DNA of 64,000 nucleotides from Diplonema japonicum (lineage: Eukaryota > Protista > Euglenozoa: Diplonemea). The notes beneath the pieces are model-generated. The model saw only the letters and a list, made by a program, of their open reading frames with translations. It ran no database searches and was not told the DNA's origin. The first letter of the stretch is position 1, and every line of letters begins with the position of its first letter. This document shows positions 21,419 through 32,375 of the stretch, piece after piece. Location: contig OZ025744.1 of NCBI GenBank assembly GCA_964019335.1, forward strand, positions 62,001 through 126,000. Reading direction: 5' to 3'. Both the position numbers and the translations under genes were made by a program.

Positions 21419-21623
21419 TCTTTGGTTCTTTTTCTCTCCCCTCCCACCTCCTCCTTTCTAAAAACGGTATTTTTTTTTGGGGGGGATATTTTATGAAAAA
21501 TAAAACAAGGCATTCCAGAGGAGACAACAAATCTTCTATTGAGGGAAGAAGAAACCCCCCCCCCCCCCCCCCCCCTGCGCTCGGAAAACTCTGTTAGCTG
21601 AAGGAAAAAAAAAAAGAAAATAT

Positions 21624-21856
21624 TCTAGCTATTTACTACCAACAAGCAATGATTTCACCGTTACCTCGATAGGCGGGGGGAAAAAAAAAGTCATTCCTTG
21701 GCGATAGCTAAGTGGTTTTATTTAGAACTCTCTGAAATTCCTTCACTACGAGAGGGGCAAAAGGGGTGACGGTACAAAACAAGTTGTTTGTCTCCATTTG
21801 TTGACTAAGAGCTGCCGCGTGAAGTTTCAGAAATTTCAGAAGAGTGAAAAATAAAA
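21624..21856 (-). mobile_element. Degenerate, internally deleted Crypton-like element (family B-related), reverse orientation
   Basis: IR 21716-21740 versus 21831-21856; 21624-21652 resembles the reverse complement of the family B terminus; residual hairpin between them. Confidence 0.55.
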
Positions 21857-24800
21857 CTCAAAGTACAGGACAAGCCCCCCGCTAGAGGGCCGCCCTATGG
21901 GAGGGGGGGGTCTATCTGTTAATACTCCCCTTCTGGAGCATTGCTTTCATTCCGATTGAGGCCGTGAGCGTCTTGCGGAGTCGTGTGATGCGGTCCCGCT
22001 TGTAGTCGGCTTTCAATTCCATTAGCTTGTCGTGCGTGGAGCGGGTGGCGAAAATTGGCCTCCTGGAGAAACCAATAGCTGCCTTTCCTCCAATGGCGAT
22101 GAGGGACTTCACTCTTTTTCTCTCGTCCGCTGGGAAGGGGCGTCGCTTCTTCCGTGCCCTGCATGCTGTGTTTATCTTTACGATGAGAGCTTTGATTCTG
22201 CGCGCCCTATCTTTCAGCAGGCCTCCCAAAGACTTTCCGGTCGTCCATTCGAAGTCAATGGCCAGTTCCACCGCCGACACCTCCGAGGTAGTGTCCTTCT
22301 CCACCCAGCGCAGTTGTGACAACCATTGTAGCAGCGGGTTCAGGTACTGGGACAGGACCCCGCTCACTCCTTCGAGCTCGCCAGCTATCGGAACGGGGCA
22401 TTTCTTACCTACCACATTTCGAATCCACGGTAGCGGCTGTGTGTTGACATCCTCCTTCTGCATGAGCTCTACGTCTCGTTTCTCAACCACCACGGCTAAG
22501 TATCGTTGCAGCTTCTCTAGGTACGCAAAGTCATGTCCTCTCGGCAGAATCGCGTGCAATTCCAGACATAGGGGCCATCCTGTCCTGTTGCGCAGTGGTT
22601 CCAAGCCGTCCTGTGCTAGCTCTTCCTGTGCGCAGGCGCACTCGTAGAGTTGGTGGCGAAGTAGGGTTACCGTGTCCGGGTACGGTGATTCACACAGGTC
22701 GCACCTGAACCCTTGTGTGCGTGATACTGTCGTTGTTGGGACTTGGCTTATGCTCTCTTCGACTTCTTCGGTGCCGTCACCTTCTGGTGCCAGGGGGACG
22801 CTTCTTTGATTCGTTCCTGCATGCGGGCTAAGGTAGGGGACCCCTCCGGTGATAACCCGTCTCAGGCAGTAGGACATGAGCGGGTCTTTGGCTGTTTTCC
22901 ATAGTTGGTTGGTTTTGGGATCCGCTCCCGCCTCCATCCCTCTCACTGTGTTCCTCTCGTTCGCCAGCGACCTGCTCCGGGCTTTCCTCACCGCGTTCCT
23001 AAAGACGTGTCCGCGTTCGGCCCAGGGTTTGTTCCCACAGTCTAGCAATTGCGCCCAGCTCCATCCTATATAGGGGAGCCACCGACAGACCAGGTTGCCT
23101 ACTGGTCCCATCGGGGTGGACCCCGTGCCGTACCCCGCAGCGATCCGCATGCATCTCTGTCGTAGTCGTTCGTCGTCGAGCGCTCCGGACACCACCTTCA
23201 GGGAGTGGTATATCACATAGGAGAGGGGATCAGAGGACTGTGTTCACTGCGGTAGGAGAGCGTCCACGGTGGTGAGGGCCCCATAGGTTGCATGTTACCC
23301 TTGTCGACAATTTCTTGAGCGTCTCGTCACATGGGGGGGAGAACGGTCCGCTGTAGAGGCATGACGGAAGAATCGTCGTGCTGACCATGTGTGCTTTCGT
23401 CTCGAAGGCTAACCTCGTGCAACCCAGCCGGTCTAGCGAGTCAAGCGCATTCGCGGTCGGTTTGTTCCATTTCGTCCCTGTCCTGCGCGTGTTGATTTTC
23501 ACGCCAAGCCCTTTGAGGTCCGACACCGTCTTGTATGGTACAGGTACTTCCGAGCCTTTCTTCATCGCCGTTCGGTCTCCCACGACTCTCGACTTGAACC
23601 CTTCCGCGGTGCCAAAGCCCACCGTCTTTTCCTTGTTGACCTGCATCCCCGTCAGGTCGCAAAACTCTAGAGTCCCTTCGACCGCTGCCTGCAGTGAGTC
23701 CCGCAGCTTCGCTAACAGATAGGCGTCGTCGGCATATGCTAGCACCTCGGCGTCCGGCGCTACCTGCTCGACGGCCCGTATCATGATGGACAGCAAGGCG
23801 TTGATGATGATGACCGACAGCGGGCACCCCTGGAGGATACCGTTTGTGGCCTCAAACGTGTCACCAACTCCTATGGGGTACTTGAACCTCCTCGTGATCT
23901 GGGAGTACATCCCTTGGAGTGCTCTTCCTATAGATTCGTCCATTCCCAGGGCGCTCATGAGGTCAAGGGACAGCTGTTGTGGCACCAGGTCGAAGCACTT
24001 TCTAAAATCCAGGGCCAGTCCCTCCAGCGGCTCCCCATCCACCAAAGCCAGCTCCAGCTTGGTACACAGTTCCATGAGGGCTGTCGTCGTACTGTGCTTG
24101 GGCCTAAACCCGTGCTGTCTCGGCGTGATCCAACGTTCCTGCCAGTCAAGGACACCCTTCAGCCTCGTACACGCCCACAAGCGGTAGATGGTGCTGGTCA
24201 CCGTGATGGGTCGGTGGTTCAGAGGAGCTGACCCTTCACCCTTTGGAATCAGTGACACCAGGGCTGTCGTGATCTGTCTCGGCCACTGGCCTGTCTCCTC
24301 AATCAGGTTGAAGAGGTCTGCGAAAGCTCTCAGGATGCTCACCGGAAGACGTTTCAGCTCACTCATCCGCCAACCGTCCACGCCACAGGCCCCTTTGTCC
24401 GGCTTCTTCTTGATCACTTCCCTCAGCTGTTCCGCTGTGATCGAAGTACGCGACATTAGGGTTTTCTTGATCATGTTCCCGTAGCGCTGTGCAAATCGTT
24501 CGTACTGTGGCTCGTCCTCTGGTGCCCGTGCAGAAAAGACGCCCGACCAAGCGTCTCGCATCACCTCGTCCATCTTCCGTAGGTTTGCGGTCACTCCACC
24601 ATCTGCCGTCTCAACCACATCTGTCCTTTGGTTTGGGTGGTCTTTGATCCAGGCTGTGATGTGTCTGCGCTCCTTCCCAAAATCAGAGCGTATTGAACGT
24701 TCGTATGCTTTCGCCTGCATGTTCTTGCGGCATAGGAGCAGCTCCGACAACATTCCCTGGGAGTAGTCCTCAGCTATTTCAAGCTCCCCCCTGATGCTAT

Positions 24801-25105
24801 CAATACTCCCTGTCGCGTCGATCTTGCAGAACTCGACCTTAAGCTCTTCCCCTAGCGTCGTTATGTTTCTGAGCGCGTTCCGTATCTCCACCGGGAGCGG
24901 CCCGCAGTGTCCACCCTCATAGAGTTTCAACATTTGCTGTTTTGCACTTCGAATTTTGAGCTTCAACTTCTCAAGCCGCTGTTGTCGATTTGTTGCCGCC
25001 CCGACTGCCGACTCCGTTGACCTCGCACTCAGCTCTGACCTCGTAGGCTCCCGTACCTTGCCCCTCCCGGTGTATACGTTGCGTACCGGTCCCATGTACC
25101 CATGT
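21857..25105 (-). mobile_element. 5'-truncated non-LTR retrotransposon (RT + CCHC knuckle + C-terminal domain), frameshifted at ~23220
   Basis: RT motifs LIPKG, HRPIT, QHGFRP, LDFRKCFDLV, ILQGCPLS and YADD in 23230-25095; continuation 21912-23216 has CDLC...HQLYEC; homologous to 58605-59337. Confidence 0.9.
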
Positions 25106-25120
25106 AATAAAATAAAAAAG

Positions 25121-25205
25121 GGGTAGAGTCCACCCCCCTAAGTCTTCAAAACGCTCAAATCCCGCCCCCTAGGTTTCCAAAGTGTTCAAAGTCCGCCCCC
25201 TCAGG
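25121..25205. repeat. Partial copy of the foldback left array
   Basis: Begins GGTAGAGTCC and matches 7680-7742 almost exactly. Confidence 0.75.
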
Positions 25206-25250
25206 TTTAACCTTTTCTTTTTTACGCATCATCTGCTTCTACAGAAGCAT

Positions 25251-25889
25251 TTAACTTCTACCTAAGGTAATCCTCCAGTTGCTGATGAGGGGTAGAAGTT
25301 CCTGGATCTTTTGCGGCGGTAGACTAGTGTGTTCCAAATCGACTGTTCTTAGATTGTCGCAAGAGAACAAGAAGCATGTTCCGACAGTGGTGAGGTTCGG
25401 GATGACGATGGAGATAGAAGTCAGAAAATCACAGCCGAAAAGAAAGTCATCGCCAATTGTTGTGATACAGCCTGTGGTGTCGGTGACAATAAGCCTCCTT
25501 AGTCCACAAGGAAGGTCAGACGTCTTCAGTGCCAATGTGGTTTCGCTGTTCATCAGTCCCGCATCAATGTTCAGAGCAATATCGGGGTCTGCTGATAGAA
25601 GTCTGTGTAGCTCAGCCACCCTTTCAGGGATATGCCTCAGCTCCCACAGTGTAACTGTTTCGTTCCTCTCCTCCAAACAGATCACAGACCCTTCCATGAA
25701 CCCGCTCCCCTGAACCGTCTCGTCCCCGTTCCTATCCAGTATTTTCCCTTCCCATATCAGGTTGAACCTCGTTACCTGCATACTTGTAGCACACGCTGCC
25801 TTTGTGTACAGCTTCCCCACAGTCTCCTTCCCGGACACCTCCATTTCGTGATCCTCACTTATAGTCTTTACAAAGACAGTGATGCTCAT
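25251..25889 (-). CDS. Ubiquitin-like domain + BspA-type LRR protein (paralogue 3)
   Basis: Start MSITVFVKT; colinear with paralogue 1. Confidence 0.8.
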   Translation of the reverse strand: MSITVFVKTISEDHEMEVSGKETVGKLYTKAACATSMQVTRFNLIWEGKILDRNGDETVQGSGFMEGSVICLEERNETVTLWELRHIPERVAELHRLLSADPDIALNIDAGLMNSETTLALKTSDLPCGLRRLIVTDTTGCITTIGDDFLFGCDFLTSISIVIPNLTTVGTCFLFSCDNLRTVDLEHTSLPPQKIQELLPLISNWRITLGRS

Positions 25890-26433
25890 CTTTTTTCTTT
25901 TTTTTTTCCCTTGCCGAAGTAAAAAAAAAAAGTTTTTTTTCTTTTTCAGCATTTTAATAAAACGGAGACGGGCAGGCGGGCGGGGGGTGTACAAAGAGGG
26001 AGGAGGACCGACGGCAATCTTCTTCTTTTTTTCCCCCCCCCCTTTTTTTTTCTCGAACCCGCAAAGTCTTTTTTTGTTTTGTTTTGTTTTTTGTTTTTCA
26101 TCTCTTCTTTTCCAATACACCCATGTAGCTAAACAGGCATGGTCTGGATAAAACTTCAAATATAAAGGGGGGGGGGGGGGGGGTGGAGGAAGAAAAAGAA
26201 GAAGCGGGGGGGGTATGCCGTCAAGTCGATATTGAAAGGAGAAAAAAAAAGAAGGAAAAAAAAAGAATTATTCTTTTTGAAAAGCATTTTATATAAATGA
26301 AAAAAGATCTTTTTTTTTGTCATTTTTTCTTCCTGTGGGGGGGGGGGGGGGGGAGGAGGGTTGCCCGTTGCGATACAAAGAAAAAAAAAAGGGAAGAAAA
26401 AAAAGGGGGGGGAAATCCGCTACTCTTTTTTTT

Positions 26434-26520
26434 TTTTATTTCACTCTTCAGAAATTACTTCACGCACTGGGGGGCCCATTACTTCACGCTAAATCTCATT
26501 ACTTCACCGCAGTTTCACTA
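26434..26520 (+). mobile_element. Left-end fragment of a family B-related element
   Basis: TTTTATTTCACTCTTC start followed by repeated ATTACTTCAC boxes (variant of CATTATTTAAC). Confidence 0.6.
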
Positions 26521-26525
26521 CTTTG

Positions 26526-26568
<43 letters not shown>

Positions 26569-26727
26569 ACTACCACAGTTATAATAGTACCCCTCCCTCC
26601 CCCTCTCTCTCTTTCTCTCTCTCTCAGATAAGGTTGTGTAGAGGCTTTTAAAAAAGGGAAAAAAGTCGCACTTCTCACACAGCAACCTATTGCTATCTTT
26701 ATTTTAATTTTTTTTTTGTTTGTTTTC

Positions 26728-28727
26728 CTAACAGCACCCGCCGCCGCCTTTCTTCGGGACTTCTTTCGGTTTTTCAGCGGGCTTCGGGGCGGGTTTGGGA
26801 GCTTCTTTTTTCTTGGCTTCCTCCGCCTCCCTGCGTTTCCTTTCCTCCTCCTCCCTCTTCTTGCGGGCTTCTTCTTCCTCACGGCGCCGCCGCTCAGCTT
26901 CTTCTTCTTCTTCAATCTCCCGACACCGTCTGTCGAAAGCTGCCTTTTCGGTAGATAAGGATGACGTGGCTTCGCGGTCAGTGTCATCTTTCTTGTTGAA
27001 GGCTTCTGAAATAAGTTCTGAGAACAAATTGTCTTCGTCCTCGATTGCGTGGACGAGGGTGCTTGCAGTGTCTACACGTTTGTGCAGACTCTCGAGTTCC
27101 ATTTTGAGATCGCGTTTTGCTTTAAGCAAGTGATGCGGGCAGCCTGCATACAAAGGATCGACTTCCGCGTCGCGTTGCTCCGAGGAGACCTCGCTGTTGT
27201 ACCACAACCCTCTTTGGTGGCAGATGGTCAGCACCTCCTCGTCAGCTTTTCCAACGAGGCTTTCGTCAAATCTCTTCCCGTTCACACCATCATAGAACGC
27301 AGACCTGCACGCCACTGCCTCCTGCGTGTCAACGTCGACGGGGCATCCGAGGCTCTGTTGATTTTTTTTTGGGGGGGGATTTTTTGTTTCTTTGTTACCT
27401 CCAGTTCGCAAGGTACTGTCAGTAGCCTTGCAGCCGCTGTGTTGCCGTGCTGTTCCAGCATATCCGGGGGGAGCAGGCAGATGGTGCCCCCCTCCCACTG
27501 CGGCGACGTTCCGTGGTGGATGTAGCTTCCTATCTTGAACGCGACGATCTCATCCTCCGCACCCTTTTTAAAAAAAAAAATTTTTTTTTTAAAAAAAAAC
27601 TTCCCGTAACATACAGCGGGTTCCAGAGCAGGATGCGTACCACGGTCCGGGTCTTCACTACCGCCACAACCGGACAAAAAGTCGATCCTGCCCCTTTCGG
27701 TGTTGACAATGGGCTGCCAAGTGTTGCTTGCGATTCTGTGCCTGCACTGGAAGAGTATGTGAAGCTGTGCGCGGATGCTATCGTACGTGTCGTTGCTGTA
27801 TTGCGACGGGAGGGAGGCGTAGGTGGAGTCCGCAGAGCGGCGTTGCGATTCAAGGCTGCGGAGGAGGGATTGGTACTCCTGCTCGTACCGTGCAAGGTCG
27901 GCTTGGGCGGTTTCCGTACGCTTCTTGTGTTCTTGGAAGTTCTTTGAACGTGATGCAGACTCCTCTTCGGTGCTGTCGCGGTCCACTCGAACATCGTCAA
28001 CGTTGACCTCTGGAAGGTCGACAGTGCGGAGAGCATCGAGCCAACCGGCAAGCTTCGCGTTCAAATGCTCGCGATCTTTTTCAGCATGGTTTGCTTCTTT
28101 CAACAGACTGCTCATCATGTCTTGCATTGCCTCTGCACGTGCTTCCCCGTCGTAGTCACGCGTGTCGACTTCTGGCTCGGGTTCTGGTTCTGGCTCGGGT
28201 TCCTTGTCTCGCTTCACCCTTTTCTCCCTCTTCGGTTTAGGGGGGTCCGGGCAAAGTTTGTTGGCAAAAGCTACGTAATCCACTTCGCCGGTGTTGAAGG
28301 GGTCCGCTGTAGCTAGGAGCTCGGCTTGTTCTTGGCCTCGCATCTTTTTTTTTTTTTTTTTTTTTTTTAAATTTGTATAATGCATACATCGTTGTCGCCG
28401 CATCCCATCGCCATCAGGAATTCCTCGGTTTTCAGGATACCGCTCTGTGCTCTGTCGAATGTGTAGAAAGCTTCCAGCAATGCTTTCTTGTCGAAGCCCT
28501 TTGTGTGTTTCACCTTCTCGTAGCACTCCTTGAACTCATCGAAGTCGACCCTCACGTCCTCTCCGACCTCAGGTATCAGCTCCTCAAGAGTCTGGTACGT
28601 TGGGTTGCAACCCATCATGTGAAGCGCATTCATCAAATGGTCGCGTGGGATGTACTTGAAATCCCCGTCAACCACGCACTGGTCGGAGAAGGCCACATTT
28701 ATATCATCGGTGATCTTCATACGCTGC

Positions 28728-28732
<5 letters not shown>
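26728..28732 (-). CDS. Calmodulin-like EF-hand + coiled-coil protein ending GGGGCC; four exons (introns 28344-28387, 27564-27614, 27355-27398)
   Basis: Start MAQRMKITDD. Splicing restores the calmodulin-like GDND|MRGQEQAELLATADPFNTGEVDYVAF and joins three separate ORFs in frame (LEPA|GAED, CELE|SLGC). Confidence 0.8.
27355..27398 (-). other. 44-nt A-rich GT-AG intron
   Basis: GTAACAAAG...AAAAATCAACAG; needed to join reading frames. Confidence 0.8.
27564..27614 (-). other. 51-nt GT-AG intron of alternating T/A tracts
   Basis: GTATGT...TAAAAAG; in frame, otherwise encodes low-complexity FFFKKKIFFFKK. Confidence 0.75.
28344..28387 (-). other. 44-nt GT-AG intron with poly(A) before AG
   Basis: GTATGCATTATACAAATTT(A)nG; removal restores the EF-hand. 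Confidence 0.85.
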
Positions 28733-28762
<30 letters not shown>

Positions 28763-29275
28763 GTGTCTACAATTTTTTTTTTTTTTTTTTTTTTTTTTAG
28801 CTGAGACCAAAAAAAAAAAAGACGGGGGAGGTGGAATAAATAGGATAAAGGGGTGGGGGGGGTTTTTTTTTTCTCTAACAAAAAAATAAAGTGACATGGT
28901 TTTTTTTTTTTTTTTTTTTTTTTTCCAATGAAAATCTAAAACAGGAAGAAAAAAAAAAGTTTTAAAAAAAAAATTATTTTTCATGTGCAATGTCGATCGG
29001 AATGAAAAGCGTACTGTGAAATGGATTTTTTTTTTTTTTTTTTTTTTTTAAATTTCACTCTTGCCTCATAATTTAACGCGAAACGCACTTTTATTAAATT
29101 ATGGGGAAACTTTGGGTATTTCGGGAGAAGAGCTGTACGAGTAAGTATACTGCAAGGTGTCGCAAGACGACGGGTCTGCTTTCAGCGCAAGAAACAGCAT
29201 GGGACCTCCGGAGCTTTCTACTTTTTTTTTTGCCGAAGGGACAGGCAGCCGATGTTTTCAACATCTACCTTTCCT

Positions 29276-30691
29276 CTATTGACGACAAGAAACCGTACAG
29301 AGCGGGTTGAAGGAGTTTGTTGCGTCCACCCCCCCCCCCCCCCCCCCCAATATAGCTTTTTTTTCTTTTTTCTTTTTCTCCCCAACATACTCTAAATTCT
29401 CGCTATTGAAATCCACCAACGTAACCCCTGGGTTCTCCACGAACCTCGGCACAGACACCACCCGGGTCTTCCCGCCTTTCTCCAGCTCCACAAGGTCGGT
29501 GGAAAAATCGCTCGAGTTCCCAGCGAAGACCAAATGCGGCGCCGTGTCATACTGCATCGGGTCAACCTTCTTAAAAGGGTAACACTGCAACGTGTCCGGA
29601 GCCGTAGGCGCCATAAGACCCGATTTAACCAGCGTTTCCAAAAGCTTAACATTGGGTGTTCCCAGAGTATAGGTCCGAAGCTCGGTCAGGTTTTCACCAG
29701 AGGTCCCGAAAACGTTGACACCTTTGTAAACAAAGGTAAACGGCGATGGGACCAACGACGTGTTCACCGCGTCAAACGATTTACTTAACAAACACGGATG
29801 AATAGGTTGGTAAGGGATGAACGCGTTTGTCGGGTCCGAACCAGTGGGCATGACATCAACAGGCATCGCATCAGCAACCTGAGAAATCCATAGATCCGCG
29901 AGATTCATGGAAACCGCGAGGGGTGCTTCATTGAAAATCTGGTGGTCGGACATTTCCAATTTGATTTTCTTGGCGACGACAGTGTCCTCTGTTGGTGCAA
30001 CAAGCCCACCTGTCACGATTAGCTTGCTGATGCATCTAACAATTCTCTCACACCCTAGGTTACCCCGTAGAAAGCTTGAAACAGCATCCAATTGCAACTC
30101 GTGTTGAGGAGTATTTGCTCCAAAACCCAACCCGCTTACAAATGCGATATAACAGGGCGGCTTTTCTGCGTTAACAGGTATCGTTCTGTCAGGTTGTGGG
30201 TGCAACGGTGGGAAACACCAATCGTCGACTGTGAACACTTTTCCTGAAACCTGTCCTTTGACGCACACAACTAACCCTGTACACATTTCATGGAGTTGTT
30301 TGATCCCCGACAAGTCGATCCTTCCACTTTGGTCCTCCAATGACAATGTGTCCGATTCATCCGCACGAAATTCCGCTTTCGAGTCCTCCAACGACATCCT
30401 CTCACTCTCTCCCATTTCTATAATATATTGTTCCAGGAAATCCGGTTTATGTTTCATGTTCTTATACAGCGCACCAACTATAACAGTTGGCGTGTCCTGT
30501 TTCAAGTTCACGACGCGAGACATTGGTACGCCTGGCCATCTGCTCTCGGAGGACTTGCGGCACCGCTCATAACAGAACTCCATTCTTGCGTTGTACAGAT
30601 GGGAGTACTGCTGGTTGAAGGTCTGGTCCTTCAAGAGAAACTTGTGATGCGTGTACTCGAAGTCATCACACGCTTGCCGGGGAAGCGTCAT
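29276..30691 (-). CDS. POLD2: DNA polymerase delta small (B) subunit; true C-terminus probably on a further exon
   Basis: FNQQYSHLYNARM, LEDQSGRIDL, DVMPTGSDPTNAFIPYQPIH, GTSGEN, APTAPDTLQCYPF and PHLVFAGN motifs; GTATGT donor at 29390. Confidence 0.92.
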   Translation of the reverse strand: MTLPRQACDDFEYTHHKFLLKDQTFNQQYSHLYNARMEFCYERCRKSSESRWPGVPMSRVVNLKQDTPTVIVGALYKNMKHKPDFLEQYIIEMGESERMSLEDSKAEFRADESDTLSLEDQSGRIDLSGIKQLHEMCTGLVVCVKGQVSGKVFTVDDWCFPPLHPQPDRTIPVNAEKPPCYIAFVSGLGFGANTPQHELQLDAVSSFLRGNLGCERIVRCISKLIVTGGLVAPTEDTVVAKKIKLEMSDHQIFNEAPLAVSMNLADLWISQVADAMPVDVMPTGSDPTNAFIPYQPIHPCLLSKSFDAVNTSLVPSPFTFVYKGVNVFGTSGENLTELRTYTLGTPNVKLLETLVKSGLMAPTAPDTLQCYPFKKVDPMQYDTAPHLVFAGNSSDFSTDLVELEKGGKTRVVSVPRFVENPGVTLVDFNSENLEYVGEKKKKEKKAILGGGGGGVDATNSFNPLCTVSCRQ

Positions 30692-31106
30692 TTTTTTTTT
30701 CTTTTTTTTTTTTTTTTTTTTCCTTTTTTCTTTTTTGGAAGTGAAGTCAACTGAAACATGAATAACAACGGGCTACAACAGGGGGGGGGGAAAATTAGGT
30801 GGGGGGGGGAGGAAAAAAAATGTCGGATTGGCAAATTCAATGGCCTTCAGTTGGCCTCAAGAATTCTCTCTCACTTAGGACTCGCTGAAGGGGAGGTGCC
30901 GTCACACCTGAGACCTAAGACCCGAAGACCTTGGTCCTGCTGCCCCCAGTAAGTCAAAACAGTCAAAATAAAGACGATATGATTTAAGAGGCACAAGAGG
31001 GGGTTAATCTCCTCACCCACCCATAGACAAAGAGATCCAATCTGAGAGTGGGGGGGACGGAAGGGAAGGGAAAGGGGGAGGGAGGTTATACTTTTATTAC
31101 CCTCCC

Positions 31107-31146
<40 letters not shown>

Positions 31147-31298
31147 CTCTTCTTTCTTTTAAAATTATTGCATCGCTCCAGTCGCCCTAAAGATGACCGG
31201 ATAACCCAACAAAAAAAGATGCACTCAAGGTGTCTCGCACCCAAAGAATTATTTTTTTTTTTTTTTCCCGCACGTAAATGAACTTTTTTTTTTCTCCT

Positions 31299-32264
31299 TC
31301 AACAGTCGGAACGTGACACGAGCTCTTCTTCTTCACTCTCGGACTGCGCACTAGACACCAGCGCGTCTTCTTCTTCTTCTTTTTCGTCCTCCAATTCTTC
31401 TTCTTCTTCTTCTTCTTCTTCTTCATCTATTCTTCCTTTTTTGGACGGTTTTGTTTTTTTTCTGTTCGCCTCTGTTCGTTCCTCGGCCTCCATGGAGAAG
31501 CTCGTCATACCACGCCGCCTTCCGTACTCCCCGAGGATCGCTGAAGAGCGTGATCCGGGAGGCGGGTCGGTGGAGAAGGACTTCCGAAAGGTCTCCTTGC
31601 TGAGCAGCGAATAAGCCCTTGCTGTCAGCGCTGACGGGGTCGCTTGGAAATTAACCTTTCGGTGCTTTAACTGCACACCATACACGCAAACGATGGCAAC
31701 GACGATGACGGTGCAGTACGCACTACAATGGGAACGGATGAAGGCAGCGAGGAGGTCCGCCTCGAGCTGCGTTTCACTAAACGCAAGAGCGAGGTCATAA
31801 GCAGTGGCACCCTGAAGGTTCACAGTGAAAGGGCTTGTCTGAGCGTCCAAAAGTACGGTCAGTGCTGGGAGGTGTCTTGTAGCAACGGCCATGTGTAAAG
31901 GGGTGTTTCCGTGAATATCTGGAATACTTCTTGCGTCGCATAGAAGTTGGATCGTCTCGGCTGTCATCTTGCTCTGTATGGCAAGGTGCAACGGGGTGTT
32001 GCCGGAGTGGTCCTTCACCCCTGCAAGCTCTCCCTTTCTGGTATCGGCAGCCGTTTCGTAAAGCGTCTTCATTCCTTCGTCCCAACCGTAATCTGCGAGA
32101 ACATGTGCCGCGGTCCGTCCTCTCGAATCGACGGCTGTTTCCGGGTTAGAACACCATCCGGGGGACAGCAAATCCTCCAGTTCTTTAAGCCCGCCACCTC
32201 TACCAAAACACGCCCTTATCCACGCTCGGGACGCTTCGTTTGTAACGCTCCATGGGATGTCCAT
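31299..32264 (-). CDS. Ankyrin-repeat protein with acidic tail
   Basis: GRTAAHVLA, GNTPLHLAI, GNTPLHMAV, GATAYDLA. Confidence 0.8.
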   Translation of the reverse strand: MDIPWSVTNEASRAWIRACFGRGGGLKELEDLLSPGWCSNPETAVDSRGRTAAHVLADYGWDEGMKTLYETAADTRKGELAGVKDHSGNTPLHLAIQSKMTAETIQLLCDARSIPDIHGNTPLHMAVATRHLPALTVLLDAQTSPFTVNLQGATAYDLALAFSETQLEADLLAAFIRSHCSAYCTVIVVAIVCVYGVQLKHRKVNFQATPSALTARAYSLLSKETFRKSFSTDPPPGSRSSAILGEYGRRRGMTSFSMEAEERTEANRKKTKPSKKGRIDEEEEEEEEEELEDEKEEEEDALVSSAQSESEEEELVSRSDC

Positions 32265-32375
32265 GTGCCATACTTTTTTTTTTTTTTTTTTTTTCCCTTT
32301 TCTTTCTTTTATATTTTTTTTGTTGTCATAGGGGGGGGGAGGGGGCCTTTTTTTTTTCTCTTTGATAAAAGAGGC

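Noticed and set aside
23216-23232. Possible programmed frameshift between the two retroelement ORFs
   Set aside because: No slippery site or hairpin is evident; a small inactivating deletion in a truncated copy is simpler.
31660-31720. Possible intron in the ankyrin gene hydrophobic segment
   Set aside because: The obvious GT-AG pair is 49 nt and creates an immediate stop; the frame is open without it.
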